NCBI GenBank assembly: GCA_040876345.1
Contig: JBBDPM010000004.1
Coordinates: 14,980 to 78,979 of the forward strand
Reading direction: 5' to 3'
DNA length: 64,000 bases
Source: Candidatus Woykebacteria bacterium
GTDB taxonomy: Bacteria; Patescibacteriota; Microgenomatia; Woykebacterales; RBG-16-39-9b
A model generated the notes under the pieces. That model saw only the letters and a program-made list of their open reading frames with translations, had not been told where the DNA came from and did not search any database. Numbering within the stretch: the first letter of the stretch is position 1; every line of letters begins with the position of its first letter. The position numbers and the translations under genes were made by a program. This document shows, piece by piece, positions 18,440-29,835 of this stretch.

Positions 18440-18605
18440 ATTGCTCAGATTCTAATCAACTTAGGTAGTTATGCCCCAACTTGTTGTTAGCCTCGAAAGA
18501 CTGTAGTATATTTAAGTTGCCCCATTGTGTCAGAACCTGGTTCAATGTGTTTAATTGCAGGGTTGCTAGGGTCACCATTAGTCTCTAGCACAAAATTCAA
18601 GAAAA

Positions 18606-20162
18606 ATGGCGCACAATACACGTTTATCACTGACCGGATTAATGATTGCTTGTGCTCTCTATGGAGAATCTCTTCGTCCAGTTTTACTTCCCCTTAACAC
18701 AAACAGCCAAATTATTTTTAGTGGTATTGTGATTGCTATTGGTTATGAAATTGGTGTGCTACTTTCGGTGACAGCTCAAAAATTAGGGATTAGGAAGGTC
18801 GCGTTACAAAGAAGCCTTAAATATTTTATCGCCACCTTAGTTGTTTTAGTTGCGGGGTTTCTCTCATGGAGGGCTATGGACGCTCAACAGAGCTTTCGCG
18901 ACTTTTTAGTAATTGCGGCTCCTGCACCAAATTGGGTAGTAGTCTGGCTGGGATCTTTATTAGTAGCGGCATTGTTAGTTCATTTGGGTTTGCTAATACG
19001 AGCTTTTGCCAGGTGGTGTGGGAAAAAAGTGCAAACCTATCTTAACAAAAAATTTACCTACAATTTCACCTGGCTGCTAGTTGCTGGACTAGGGTATCTG
19101 CTGCTTATTTTATTGGTAGTTGTAATGCAAATATTAGTTGATATCAGTTCGCGAGCAAAGCCGAGGGAAACTTACCAGAAAAGCTCTACTTTTCTTAGCG
19201 GAGGCGAAGGGTCACTGATCTCTTGGGAGGGTTTGGGCCAAAACGGTAGGGAGTTTGTTTCTAGGGATATACAAGCTTTGATGCAGTCGATTATTGGGGA
19301 ACTTCCGCTAAAAACGATGAAACCGATCCGAATTTACGCAGGAATCGACAACGAGCCAGATTTGGAAAAGAGAGTAGATCTAGTGATGAGAGAGTTTGAG
19401 AGAACAAGGGCGTTTGAACGTTCGGTTGTGGTGATGTTTACCCCATCAGGTAGCGGTTGGGTAAACCCCGTGGGAGTTGAATCAGTTGAGTTTGTTACCA
19501 GGGGAGATTCCGCCTCGGTTTCATTGCAATATTCAAACAATCAGCCAATCTTGCAATACATAAGAGATCGCGGGATGCCCGCTAGAGCCAGCAATCTTCT
19601 GTTTTCTAAAATTCGTAGTCGTCTTAATCAGGTGCCAGAGGTAGCACGACCGAAGCTTTACGTTTACGGTGAAAGCTTAGGTTCTCTAGGTTCTCAAGAA
19701 ATGTTCCAGAATACCCCCCAAAGGAATCTAGTAAACGAAGTGGATGGCGCACTTTGGGTTGGTTCGCCTGCTTCCGGTCCACTTTGGTCGGCGTTTGGAC
19801 TTGCCGAGTTATACTCTGGTGGAGAAAGCTCTTTGGTTCGTGTCGAGCCTCACTCGAGAGACTTAACTAGCAATTTGAGTTCGTGGGGACCACCACGCTT
19901 GGCATTTCTCTTCAACTCCACCGACCCAATTGTTTGGTCTAACCCACTAGTTATTTATAAGTTCCCAAGATGGTTAAAAGAACCACGCTTTCCGGAAGTA
20001 AGTAAAGAAGCCCGTTGGTTACCATTACTCACCTTTGGACATATGTGGTTTGAACTATTCTCGGCCAAGAATTTACCCAGTGGTATTGGTCATAACTACG
20101 ATCAGGAAATTCCTTGTGCAATTGCAAATGTTGTACAACCTAGAATTGAGGAGATGTGCTAA
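18606..20162 (+). CDS. Membrane-bound alpha/beta hydrolase (Abhydrolase_9-like, N-terminal multi-TM domain)
   Basis: 4-5 N-terminal TM helices. GESLG nucleophile elbow in YVYGESLGSLGS. Confidence 0.6.
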   Translation: MAHNTRLSLTGLMIACALYGESLRPVLLPLNTNSQIIFSGIVIAIGYEIGVLLSVTAQKLGIRKVALQRSLKYFIATLVVLVAGFLSWRAMDAQQSFRDFLVIAAPAPNWVVVWLGSLLVAALLVHLGLLIRAFARWCGKKVQTYLNKKFTYNFTWLLVAGLGYLLLILLVVVMQILVDISSRAKPRETYQKSSTFLSGGEGSLISWEGLGQNGREFVSRDIQALMQSIIGELPLKTMKPIRIYAGIDNEPDLEKRVDLVMREFERTRAFERSVVVMFTPSGSGWVNPVGVESVEFVTRGDSASVSLQYSNNQPILQYIRDRGMPARASNLLFSKIRSRLNQVPEVARPKLYVYGESLGSLGSQEMFQNTPQRNLVNEVDGALWVGSPASGPLWSAFGLAELYSGGESSLVRVEPHSRDLTSNLSSWGPPRLAFLFNSTDPIVWSNPLVIYKFPRWLKEPRFPEVSKEARWLPLLTFGHMWFELFSAKNLPSGIGHNYDQEIPCAIANVVQPRIEEMC

Positions 20163-20234
20163 ATTTAAGGTGTTTTTTCATATGATTCCTAAAGTAAAAC
20201 TAGAAAGGGACAGCTTACAGTACACAAGAAATTA

Positions 20235-20453
20235 GATGCGAAACATATACAAAGAAACTACAAAAAGATCTTTGATGAAGCCAAAAAGACTAAAGAGCCC
20301 GTGTTTGTCATGAAGAACAATAAACCACAGGTCGCCATCATCGATGCAAAAAAGCTTGAAGAGATGGAAGCTATACTAGCTGTTCTGGAAAGTAGAGAAG
20401 AGGCTAGGGCTGGTAAGACAAAGGTTTTGCGATCTCTCAAAGATCTGTGTTAG
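20235..20453 (+). pseudogene. Phd/YefM-family antitoxin, apparently frameshifted at an A5 run
   Basis: The frame ending at TAG 20451-20453 reads ...AKHIQRNYKKIFDEAKKTKEPVFVMKNNKPQVAIIDAKKLEEMEAILAVLESREEARAGKTKVLRSLKDLC, which is Phd/YefM-like. The only upstream ATG (20236) is in another frame and reads MRNIYKETTKRS..., and the frames meet near caaaaag (20261-20267). Confidence 0.45.
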
Positions 20454-20690
20454 ATGAAGATCCACTACTCGTCAAAGTTTGCTAGAGAATACAAGAAGTT
20501 ACCAAATAGCGTTAAAGACATTGCTGAAAATAAAGAAGATATTCTTCGTCTTGATCCTTTTAACCCTCGGCTGAAGACTCACAAGTTAAAAGGAGAGTTG
20601 GCAGATTTTTATTCGTTTTCGATCACTTACCAGCTAAGGATAGTTTTTCACTTCGGTTGCTTGTTTTTACCCAATAAAAGTACAATATAA
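20454..20690 (+). CDS. RelE/ParE-family toxin, possibly C-terminally degenerate
   Basis: KLPNSVKDIAENKEDILRLDPFNPRLKTHKLKGELADFYSFSITYQLRIVF is a RelE/ParE pattern. The start overlaps the antitoxin stop (TAGATG). C-terminus is atypical. Confidence 0.6.
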   Translation: MKIHYSSKFAREYKKLPNSVKDIAENKEDILRLDPFNPRLKTHKLKGELADFYSFSITYQLRIVFHFGCLFLPNKSTI

Positions 20691-20694
20691 ATAG

Positions 20695-21471
20695 ATGTTT
20701 CCTTTTTCCAAGAAAACCGATTTTGGGTACTTGCGAAAATTCAACCTAATTATGGCTGCCTTGCACGCACTTCAAGGTATCGCCATTTTACTTCTTAGCA
20801 CAGACTTCAAGCTTCCAGTTACCGCTGGATATTTAACCTTTAATGCAGCCACTCAAGCTCTGGAACCGGCTAAAGAAACTTTGTTTGATCTTTCACTTGC
20901 TCCCCTTGTGGCTATCTTTTTCTTTCTTTCAGCTGCGGCTCACTTAACCATTGCCACGCTTTGGAGAAAAGGTTACGAGAATGATTTATCCAAAGGGATG
21001 AACAGAGCCCGTTGGTTTGAATACGCGCTATCAGCAAGTGTGATGATGGTGGCTATTGCTCTTTTAGTTGGAATCTACGAGGTTACCCAGCTGATCATGA
21101 TCTTTGCTTTGGTTGCTTTTATGAACCTGATGGGACTCTTGATGGAAGTATATAACCAAACTACCCAAAAGACTAATTGGCTCTCATTTATAATCGGCAG
21201 TTTTGCCGGGATTGTACCCTGGTTGGTCGTTGGCCTTTACTTCTGGGCCGCAGCGGCCTTTGGAGAAGGAGAGGTACCTACCTTTGTTTACTGGATTTAC
21301 GTATCAATCCTTATTTTCTTCAATTGCTTCGCAATAAATATGTACCTGCAATACAAGAAAGTTGGAAAATGGAGGGACTATATTTTTGGTGAAAAATCTT
21401 ATATAGTTCTGAGCCTGGTTGCAAAATCCGCTCTTGCTTGGCAAGTATTCGCTGGGACACTCCGACCGTAA
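20695..21471 (+). CDS. Heliorhodopsin
   Basis: 7-TM protein. The C-terminal helix EKSYIVLSLVAKSALAWQVF, and also LRKFN, RWFEYALSASVMM and FAGIVPW, match what I recall of heliorhodopsin 48C12, including the Schiff-base Lys in VAKS. Confidence 0.75.
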   Translation: MFPFSKKTDFGYLRKFNLIMAALHALQGIAILLLSTDFKLPVTAGYLTFNAATQALEPAKETLFDLSLAPLVAIFFFLSAAAHLTIATLWRKGYENDLSKGMNRARWFEYALSASVMMVAIALLVGIYEVTQLIMIFALVAFMNLMGLLMEVYNQTTQKTNWLSFIIGSFAGIVPWLVVGLYFWAAAAFGEGEVPTFVYWIYVSILIFFNCFAINMYLQYKKVGKWRDYIFGEKSYIVLSLVAKSALAWQVFAGTLRP

Positions 21472-21493
21472 AACTTGATATACTTAAAATACT

Positions 21494-22303
21494 ATGGATA
21501 AAACACCTGTAAATAAGCTATTAGATCTTTCCTCCAAGACTGCTGTGGTTACCGGTGCAGGTGTAGGAATTGGATTTGGGATAGCCAGCCGATTGGCTGA
21601 GGCTGGGGCAAACGTGGTAGTAGCTGATCTAAGTGAGGAGAGAGCTTCTGAGGCAGCAAGAAAGCTATCTGGTAACGGTTTTAAGGCGACAGCAATAGCA
21701 GTCGATGTTTCAAAAGAGGAAGATGTTCAGAAAATGGCAGATGAGTCTATAAAGCAGTTTGGCGGGATAGACATATTAGTAAACAACGCTGGTATTTACC
21801 CAAACATTTTAGTAATGAATATGACCCAGGAAGATTTTGATAAACTAATCGCTGTGAACCTGAGAAGTGTGTTCCTATGCACCAAAAAAGTCGCTGAGAA
21901 GATGATTGGCCAAGGAAAAGGTGGGAGAGTCATCAACATTACCTCCATTGACGCTCTTCACCCCTCGTCTGCCGGTCTTGCTCACTATGATGCTTCTAAA
22001 CACGGGGTTTGGGGTTTCACCAAGAACGTTGCGTTGGAACTGGCTCCACACAAAATCTGGGTAAACGCAGTGGCTCCAGGAGGCATTGCTACCCCGGGCG
22101 TGGAAGAAGTTCAGAAAAAGATGGAACTTCCCAAAGGAGTGGATATGAGTAAGCTCCTTGAAGCTTTTATGGCAAAAATCCCAATTAAGAGGATGGGAGA
22201 TCCAGATGACATTGGCAAAGCCGTACTCTTCTTGGCTTCAGATATGTCCTCCTATATGACTGGTTCCCAAATTGTGGTTGATGGCGGAGTTCTTCTTTCT
22301 TAA
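21494..22303 (+). CDS. SDR-family oxidoreductase (classical short-chain dehydrogenase)
   Basis: TGAGVGIGFG cofactor motif, NNAG, and the YxxxK pair in YDASKHG. Confidence 0.85.
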   Translation: MDKTPVNKLLDLSSKTAVVTGAGVGIGFGIASRLAEAGANVVVADLSEERASEAARKLSGNGFKATAIAVDVSKEEDVQKMADESIKQFGGIDILVNNAGIYPNILVMNMTQEDFDKLIAVNLRSVFLCTKKVAEKMIGQGKGGRVINITSIDALHPSSAGLAHYDASKHGVWGFTKNVALELAPHKIWVNAVAPGGIATPGVEEVQKKMELPKGVDMSKLLEAFMAKIPIKRMGDPDDIGKAVLFLASDMSSYMTGSQIVVDGGVLLS

Positions 22304-22324
22304 ACCTTAATTTTAGACATTCAC

Positions 22325-22452
22325 TTTTTATACTGTCTCATTTGTCTCACTTCGGTATCCTCGGTGTAAACACTTCGACTTCACTCAGTACAAGCATTTA
22401 GCCTCTAAGCGATTGAACTGACCGAGACCCCAATGCTTCACCAAATTTGTTT
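22325..22452. repeat. Intergenic repeat family, copy 2 (~128 bp)
   Basis: Shares both terminal blocks and the ATTTAGCCTC box with copy 1, in the same orientation. Confidence 0.8.
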
Positions 22453-22524
22453 TTGAGCCTCGCGGCTTCGCAATTATATTGATAGTGCATTGCTATTTGC
22501 CAACTAATGTTCTAATATAAATAC

Positions 22525-22776
22525 ATGGCTATATACATTGCAAACGAGGCTCATGAGGAAGGCGAACATGAAAATAAAGTAAAGGAAGTAGAAAGTTTTC
22601 GATCACCATTGAAGGAGGTAACTTTTTACGCCAGCTGTTCTACTGGTGGTCCACACCGCTCTTTTATCATAGTTCACGCCGACTCATTGGACGAGGCAAA
22701 ATCTGGTGTCCCTGAAGGTTTTAGAGAAAATTTAGTTGAAGTCGAAGAAATGGACTGGGGTCCAGCACCAGAGTAG
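22525..22776 (+). CDS. Hypothetical small acidic protein
   Basis: ORF only. No clear RBS. Confidence 0.25.
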   Translation: MAIYIANEAHEEGEHENKVKEVESFRSPLKEVTFYASCSTGGPHRSFIIVHADSLDEAKSGVPEGFRENLVEVEEMDWGPAPE

Positions 22777-22777
22777 T

Positions 22778-23299
22778 TTATCCTTTTTCAAGCCATTCAA
22801 AAAATTCAGTTTCGTAGCCAATAATTGTCCACTTATAATTCTTTTTAGTGAGTAATGTATCTTTTACCTCCGAGATTGGTAACAATTTAAGTTCCTCCAC
22901 CTCGTCTTTATCAAATTTAATTTTTGAAATGTCCCCGTACCAAAGTATTTTAAAAATAGATTGAAATTCTTTATGATCCCTATCTTTGAATATTTTAAAA
23001 AGTGTAAGGTCCTTTTTCCTAACGCTAAGGCCAAGTTCTTCATTAACTTCTTGAACAGCTGACTCCAAATATTCTTGGTTGGGTTTTAGATGCCCTCCGA
23101 AAAAAGGCTCCCAAAATCCGGGGTTACTATCTTTCTTCAGGGATCTTTTTTGACAAAGGATTTCGTCGCGGGAGTTTATTATCCAAACGTGCGAATTACG
23201 ATGCCATAAGCCTTTGGAATGAGCCTCATCTCTTGGTCTTGACTCAATGGGATTATTATTTTCATCCACGACAAATATCTCTTCTTTTTTGTTTAACAC
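22778..23299 (-). CDS. NUDIX hydrolase
   Basis: Nudix box GGHLKPNQEYLESAVQEVNEELGL. Confidence 0.8.
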   Translation of the reverse strand: MLNKKEEIFVVDENNNPIESRPRDEAHSKGLWHRNSHVWIINSRDEILCQKRSLKKDSNPGFWEPFFGGHLKPNQEYLESAVQEVNEELGLSVRKKDLTLFKIFKDRDHKEFQSIFKILWYGDISKIKFDKDEVEELKLLPISEVKDTLLTKKNYKWTIIGYETEFFEWLEKG

Positions 23300-23346
23300 T
23301 AAATTTATTCTACAGCACCCAAGGTATTTTTGATATAATCAGCCTC

Positions 23347-23805
23347 ATGGAAAAAGAAAAAAGAAAAGTGAGCCGAATCTGCCTTTGTTCAAGCGCCTCC
23401 TTCTTTAAAGAAGTGTTAGAGATAGAAAAAGAACTTAAGAAAATGGGTTTTAGTGTTTCGGTGCCCCTCACCTCCAAAAAAATGGAGAAATCAGGCAATT
23501 TTGACGTTTCGCACTACAAAAATTGGTATAAAGATAAAAGTGAATATAGAAGAAAAGCGTACTTGATGAGGAACCATTTTGAAAAAATAGAGAAGAGTGA
23601 CGCTATTTTAGTCGTTAATTTAAAAAAGAATGGTTTGGACGGTTACATTGGTGGTAACGGGTTAATAGAGATGGCTTTGGCTTTTTGGCTTAAGAAAAAG
23701 ATATTTGTTTTAAACAAAGTCTCCGAGAAATCGTCGTTGTATGAAGAAATACTAGGAGTTCAACCTATCTTTCTAGATGCTGATTTAAACAGGCTTAGAG
23801 TCTAG
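23347..23805 (+). CDS. Nucleoside 2-deoxyribosyltransferase-like fold protein
   Basis: Start MEKEKRKV at 23347; the ORF-track start at 23233 overlaps the NUDIX gene. ICLCSSASF and DGYIGGNGLIEMALAFWLKKKIFVL resemble the NDT-like family. Weak. Confidence 0.35.
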   Translation: MEKEKRKVSRICLCSSASFFKEVLEIEKELKKMGFSVSVPLTSKKMEKSGNFDVSHYKNWYKDKSEYRRKAYLMRNHFEKIEKSDAILVVNLKKNGLDGYIGGNGLIEMALAFWLKKKIFVLNKVSEKSSLYEEILGVQPIFLDADLNRLRV

Positions 23806-24236
23806 GCCGATGTCTCTGCTTTTGGAGTAGTGCGAGGGTAATGGTGCCGTTTCACTCTTAGTCTAGCTAAAGACTTCTCTAGAGCAGCCGCTACAGCTGC
23901 ATATTCTTCGCTAGATAGTCTTTCTTTATCTTTCAGAGCTTCTTCAGCTCGTTTTCTTGCTTCCTCTGCTTCCTTTTCGGAGATTTCAGCCGCTCCTTCA
24001 GCAAGATCAGTCAAAACAGAAACGTTTTTAGCAGAAATTTCGGCAAAGCCGAAGCCAACGGCTAAATGCGAGTCTTTACCTTTTTGAACTGCGATAAGCT
24101 CTCCCGGGGAGATTTGGGTTACTAGAGAGGTATGCCCTGGTAAAACGGTGATTTGTCCTGTAGTTGTTGGTAGGGACACTTGGTCCACCTCACCTTCAAA
24201 AGTTTTTTTCTCTGGAGTTGCGATGGTTAATTGCAT
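23802..24236 (-). CDS. atpC: F1 ATP synthase epsilon subunit
   Basis: Sequence pattern and position at the end of the atp operon. Confidence 0.85.
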   Translation of the reverse strand: MQLTIATPEKKTFEGEVDQVSLPTTTGQITVLPGHTSLVTQISPGELIAVQKGKDSHLAVGFGFAEISAKNVSVLTDLAEGAAEISEKEAEEARKRAEEALKDKERLSSEEYAAVAAALEKSLARLRVKRHHYPRTTPKAETSA

Positions 24237-24240
24237 GGTA

Positions 24241-25611
<1,371 letters not shown>

Positions 25612-26469
25612 TCACTCCATTGCAATTTGGGCAGTGGTTATGTCCAAAATTTCACTGGTTATTGCCCCCTGACGAATACCATTGTAAGTGAGTGTTAAAT
25701 CATCAACTAGGTCCAAGGCGTTATCAGTTGCATTTTTCATGGCAACCATTCTGGAGGAGTGCTCTGAGGCCTTCGCTTCGAGAAGTATTTGGTAGAGCTC
25801 CATTAAAACGTAATGTGGTAAAATTGTCGCCAAAACTTCATCCGCATTTGGCTCAAACAAAGGCTCGGATATTTCTTCTTCGAATTCAATAATTAATTCT
25901 TCTAGAATCTTCCCATCTAGAATCGGAAGAAGTTGCCGTACTCTAGGTTCTTGCCTTAAAGTAGAGATAAACTCACTATAAAGCACGTGTACTTGGTCAA
26001 ACTCGCCATTCAGAAAACCCTCAAGTACAAGTTTGTAGATAGATCGTATATCCGCAAGGGTCGGTTTTTCCGGTAGAGGGAAATCGGCTAATAAGTCTTT
26101 ACCGGACTTCACTACATAATTTCTTGCTTTTTTACCGATTGAGATAAACTTTAGTTCGCCCACCAGACTAGAAAGCTCTTTAAAAAGATTGCTGTTCAGG
26201 GCACCAGCAAGCCCGCGGTCAGTGGAGAAAAAGATAATGGCAGAGTTTTTACCCTCGACCTTAGAGAGTAGGGGGTGCAGTTCAGGGTTGATTTTGCTAG
26301 CAATTCTTCGTAGCACTCGGTTTACTAGATCTGAGTAAGGTTTTCCAGAGAGGGCTGCATCCTGGGCTTTTTTCATTTTTGCAGCGGACACAAGTTCCAT
26401 GGCATGGGTGATTTTAGCGGTGTTATTTATAGATTTTATTCTCTTGCGTATCTCCTTAGTATTACTCAT
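25612..26469 (-). CDS. atpG: F1 ATP synthase gamma subunit
   Basis: Conserved gamma N- and C-terminal helices. Operon position. Confidence 0.9.
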   Translation of the reverse strand: MSNTKEIRKRIKSINNTAKITHAMELVSAAKMKKAQDAALSGKPYSDLVNRVLRRIASKINPELHPLLSKVEGKNSAIIFFSTDRGLAGALNSNLFKELSSLVGELKFISIGKKARNYVVKSGKDLLADFPLPEKPTLADIRSIYKLVLEGFLNGEFDQVHVLYSEFISTLRQEPRVRQLLPILDGKILEELIIEFEEEISEPLFEPNADEVLATILPHYVLMELYQILLEAKASEHSSRMVAMKNATDNALDLVDDLTLTYNGIRQGAITSEILDITTAQIAME

Positions 26470-27967
26470 GTTTGAAGCCTTTTTTAAATTCCCCGACTGC
26501 TTCCTCTAGTTCTTTTTCGAGTTTGTCGGAGAGGAATTTCTCCTTCATAATTGCTTCCGACAGTTTAGAGCGCCGTGCCGACATAAAATCTAGAAACTTT
26601 TTCTCAAACTCAGAGATTTTTTCAACTGAAATATCATCCAAATGGCCTTTGGTAGAGGCCCAAATAAGGGCGATTTGTCTTTCCACGGAGATGGGTTCGT
26701 ATTGAGGTTGCTTGAGTATCTCCAATAAGCGTTTGCCTCGCTCAAGTCGCTTTTGAGTTGACTCGTCCAAATCGGATCCAAATTGAGCGAAGGAGGCAAG
26801 CTCTCGGTATTGGGCAAGGTCAAGCCGCAAAGATCCCGCCACTTGTTTCATCGCTTTTATTTGGGCTGCTCCTCCAACCCGAGAAACGGAAAGCCCAACA
26901 TTAATTGCCGGCCGAGTCCCTGCGTAAAAAAGGTCCCCCTCAAGATAGATTTGTCCATCTGTTATTGATATGACATTAGTTGGTACATATGCGGAAACGT
27001 CTCCCGCCTGAGTTTCTATTATTGGTAGTGCTGTAAGGGAACCGCCGCCGTAATTTTTATTTAATTTGGCAGCCCGTTCCAAAAGCCTGGAATGAAGGTA
27101 AAATACATCTCCTGGGTATGCTTCACGCCCGGAAGGACGCCGCATTAATAGAGAAAGCTGACGATAGGCCCAGGCGTGTTTTGATAAGTCATCGTAAATT
27201 ACTAGAGCGTCCTTGCCTTGGTCCATAAAATATTCGCCGATAGCACATCCTGTGTACGGGGCAAGATACTGCATAGCAGCAGAATCCGCGGCCGAGGCTG
27301 ACACTACAATTGTATGGTCAAGCGCGTCGTTTTTTTCGAGTGTATCCACTATCTGGGCAACTTTCGATGTTTTTTGGCCAACTGCAACATAAATACAAAC
27401 AACCCCGGCATCTTTTTGGTTTATAATTGTGTCCAAAGTTATGGCTGTTTTTCCTAGGCCTCTGTCCCCAATTATAAGTTCTCGTTGCCCTCGGCCAATT
27501 GGGATCATACTGTCAACTGCTTTAATACCAGTCTGCAGGGGAGTGTTTACTGGCTCTCGTGTAATTACTCCTGGAGCTATCTTTTCTACCGGGTACATTT
27601 TTGTAGTTTTAATTGGTCCCTTACCATCAAGCGGCTCTCCCAAAGCATTTACTACCCTTCCCGGCAAAGCTTCACCAACTGGGACCTGGAGGATCCGGCC
27701 AGTAGTGGAGACCTCGTCACCCTCCTTTAGAAGAGTGTAGTCACCAAAAATAACAATACCGACACTCGTCTCTTCTAAGTTTAAAGCTAGGCCCTTAAGA
27801 TTGTTAGGCAATTCCACTAGTTCGTTGAAGGCTACATTTGAAAGCCCATCTACTTTGGCAACACCATCGTAAACCTCAGTAATAACCCCCACGTTTTTTG
27901 CCTCTTGGCTAGTTTTCAAATTTGCTATTTCTCTTTTGATTTCGTCTACTAAATTAGCCACGGGCAA
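26462..27967 (-). CDS. atpA: F1 ATP synthase alpha subunit
   Basis: GDRGLGKT P-loop; conserved alpha subunit. Confidence 0.95.
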   Translation of the reverse strand: MPVANLVDEIKREIANLKTSQEAKNVGVITEVYDGVAKVDGLSNVAFNELVELPNNLKGLALNLEETSVGIVIFGDYTLLKEGDEVSTTGRILQVPVGEALPGRVVNALGEPLDGKGPIKTTKMYPVEKIAPGVITREPVNTPLQTGIKAVDSMIPIGRGQRELIIGDRGLGKTAITLDTIINQKDAGVVCIYVAVGQKTSKVAQIVDTLEKNDALDHTIVVSASAADSAAMQYLAPYTGCAIGEYFMDQGKDALVIYDDLSKHAWAYRQLSLLMRRPSGREAYPGDVFYLHSRLLERAAKLNKNYGGGSLTALPIIETQAGDVSAYVPTNVISITDGQIYLEGDLFYAGTRPAINVGLSVSRVGGAAQIKAMKQVAGSLRLDLAQYRELASFAQFGSDLDESTQKRLERGKRLLEILKQPQYEPISVERQIALIWASTKGHLDDISVEKISEFEKKFLDFMSARRSKLSEAIMKEKFLSDKLEKELEEAVGEFKKGFKHE

Positions 27968-28352
27968 TCTCCTTAAAGGCAGATAGAGTTTGATTTATAG
28001 AATAGTCCCAGACGTTGTCGCCGAGCTTTACTTTCAAACCACCAACTAGAGACGGATTTTCCCTAAATTCAATTTCCAGACTTTTGCTTTCCCTTTTCTC
28101 AAAAATCTCCCTAATCTTAATTAAACTTTTTTCATCAATAACTTTGGAAGACTGGGTAAAAATTGTTTTTTGCCTGTAAAAAGAGCTAACAAAAGCCAAA
28201 AGTGATTTAAGGAGGCCGATACTTTTCCTTGGACTTAAGTTTTTGATTTTTTTAATCCAGCTAGAGATTTTTGCCTCGTCCAATTCCCCATCGGCAATAT
28301 TTGATAGGAATATGTACTTTGCGATTTTAATGTCTTTCTTAGCTAATTTCAT
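27954..28352 (-). CDS. atpH: ATP synthase delta (OSCP) subunit, short form
   Basis: Operon position between atpF and atpA; 132 aa. Confidence 0.65.
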   Translation of the reverse strand: MKLAKKDIKIAKYIFLSNIADGELDEAKISSWIKKIKNLSPRKSIGLLKSLLAFVSSFYRQKTIFTQSSKVIDEKSLIKIREIFEKRESKSLEIEFRENPSLVGGLKVKLGDNVWDYSINQTLSAFKEIARG

Positions 28353-28846
28353 GATTCTAGTTCCTTAATTGACTTTTGCACTAGCTCCTGATTGTCCTTG
28401 GAAGTTAGGCTCTTTTCCAAAACTTTTTTGGTGGTTTCAGCTACCAAGTCGGCCATCTCTGCCTTTACTTGGGAGATCATCTTCTCCCTTTCAAGAGTGG
28501 CTGCCTCTTTCGCCTTAGTTAAAGTTTCTTCGACTTTCTTGGCAGTTTCAGTTAAAGTTTCTTCTTGAAGTTTTTTAGCAGCCCCCTTAGTTTCTTCGAT
28601 TATTCTTGAGGCGCTAGATTCGGCAGAGGAAATTATTTCTTTTTGCCTCATCTCTGTTTCCTCAAGCCTCTTTTGAATTTCCTCGGCTTGTTTTACACTA
28701 GTTTCAATCTTTTGCTTTCTTTCTGCCAATACCTTCATTATCGGTTTGTAGAAAAACCGTTTCAGAATCAATAGCAAAATTAAAAAATTTACTATTTGAG
28801 CTAGTAGTAAGAGGGGATTTACCCCAAAATCTTTAAGAAATTCCAT
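28349..28846 (-). CDS. atpF: Fo ATP synthase b subunit
   Basis: N-terminal TM helix plus a long charged coiled coil. Operon position. Confidence 0.75.
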   Translation of the reverse strand: MEFLKDFGVNPLLLLAQIVNFLILLLILKRFFYKPIMKVLAERKQKIETSVKQAEEIQKRLEETEMRQKEIISSAESSASRIIEETKGAAKKLQEETLTETAKKVEETLTKAKEAATLEREKMISQVKAEMADLVAETTKKVLEKSLTSKDNQELVQKSIKELES

Positions 28847-28851
28847 TTAGT

Positions 28852-29058
28852 CTATCCTCTAAAAGCCAAAACTAACGCGTAAATTGCAATTGCCTCGGCA
28901 AACGCCATTCCCAAAAGCATCGCTGGTAAAACTTTAGCCTGAGCTTCAGGGTTTCGACCAATCGCTTCCATAGCCTTGGCGCCAATCAAACCAATACCAA
29001 TTGCCGGTGCAATACCACCGATTGCTATAATCAGACCACCGCTTACAGAAAACTCCAT
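28852..29058 (-). CDS. atpE: Fo ATP synthase c subunit
   Basis: Two TM helices, 68 aa. Operon position. Confidence 0.9.
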   Translation of the reverse strand: MEFSVSGGLIIAIGGIAPAIGIGLIGAKAMEAIGRNPEAQAKVLPAMLLGMAFAEAIAIYALVLAFRG

Positions 29059-29096
29059 TTAGCCACCTCCTCTCCGGTTGATAAGCTGACTGCAAA

Positions 29097-29834
29097 TTAA
29101 TGAACAGCTTGCTTATCGGTAAGAATAACCATAAATACTAATGTTAACATCATAAATATTGCTGCCTGAACAAACCCGACTATTATTTCCAAAAACATAA
29201 AGGGCAAGGGAAGAATAAAAGCCGCCATTGACGATATCGTCAAGAGCAGAGCTTCTCCCGCAAATACATTACCAAAGAGCCGGAACGAAAGCGATAGTAT
29301 TTTAGTAAATTCAGCGACAATTTCTAAGAGCCCAACGAATAAGTTTACCGGGTTCAAACTGATATAGCGTCCTAGATATTTGAAGATTCCTAGGGTGGAT
29401 ATTGAATAATAATGAGTGATTGATACTGATATCAGAGCGAGGGCTAGAGTCACATTTAAGTCGCTATTTATCGAGCGTAGTAGCGGAATTAAAGTTTTCT
29501 CTTCACCATGGTGCTCAAAAAAACCCACTGTCGAAAATCCAGGCAAAAGACCTAGGTAATTTGCGACTATTATATAGATAAAAAACGTGGCGACAAAAGG
29601 TAAAAACTTCTTTGCTCTTTTTTCATCAGCTAGACTAAGAGTAAGATTGTATATTGTGTCGATTACTACTTCAGCAATAGATTGAGCCAGACTGGGCACC
29701 AAAGAAACTTTTCGTGTCGCAATAAATGCCAGAGTGACTACCACAACCATTGTCAACCAGGTTGTGATTAAAGTATTGGTGATGGGAAAATTTCCCACCG
29801 TAAAGATTTTTTCGGCAAATAAAGTAACTTCCAT
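29097..29834 (-). CDS. atpB: Fo ATP synthase a subunit
   Basis: Polytopic protein with the conserved Arg in the LSLSFRLFGN helix. Confidence 0.85.
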   Translation of the reverse strand: MEVTLFAEKIFTVGNFPITNTLITTWLTMVVVVTLAFIATRKVSLVPSLAQSIAEVVIDTIYNLTLSLADEKRAKKFLPFVATFFIYIIVANYLGLLPGFSTVGFFEHHGEEKTLIPLLRSINSDLNVTLALALISVSITHYYSISTLGIFKYLGRYISLNPVNLFVGLLEIVAEFTKILSLSFRLFGNVFAGEALLLTISSMAAFILPLPFMFLEIIVGFVQAAIFMMLTLVFMVILTDKQAVH

Positions 29835-29835
29835 T

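Noticed and set aside
20258-20440. 60 aa minus-strand ORF
   Set aside because: It is antisense to the Phd/YefM-like antitoxin reading frame and has low-complexity Ser/Leu-rich composition.
23233-23346. ORF-track start of the plus-strand gene at 23233
   Set aside because: It overlaps the 5' end of the NUDIX gene on the opposite strand. The ATG at 23347 is used instead.
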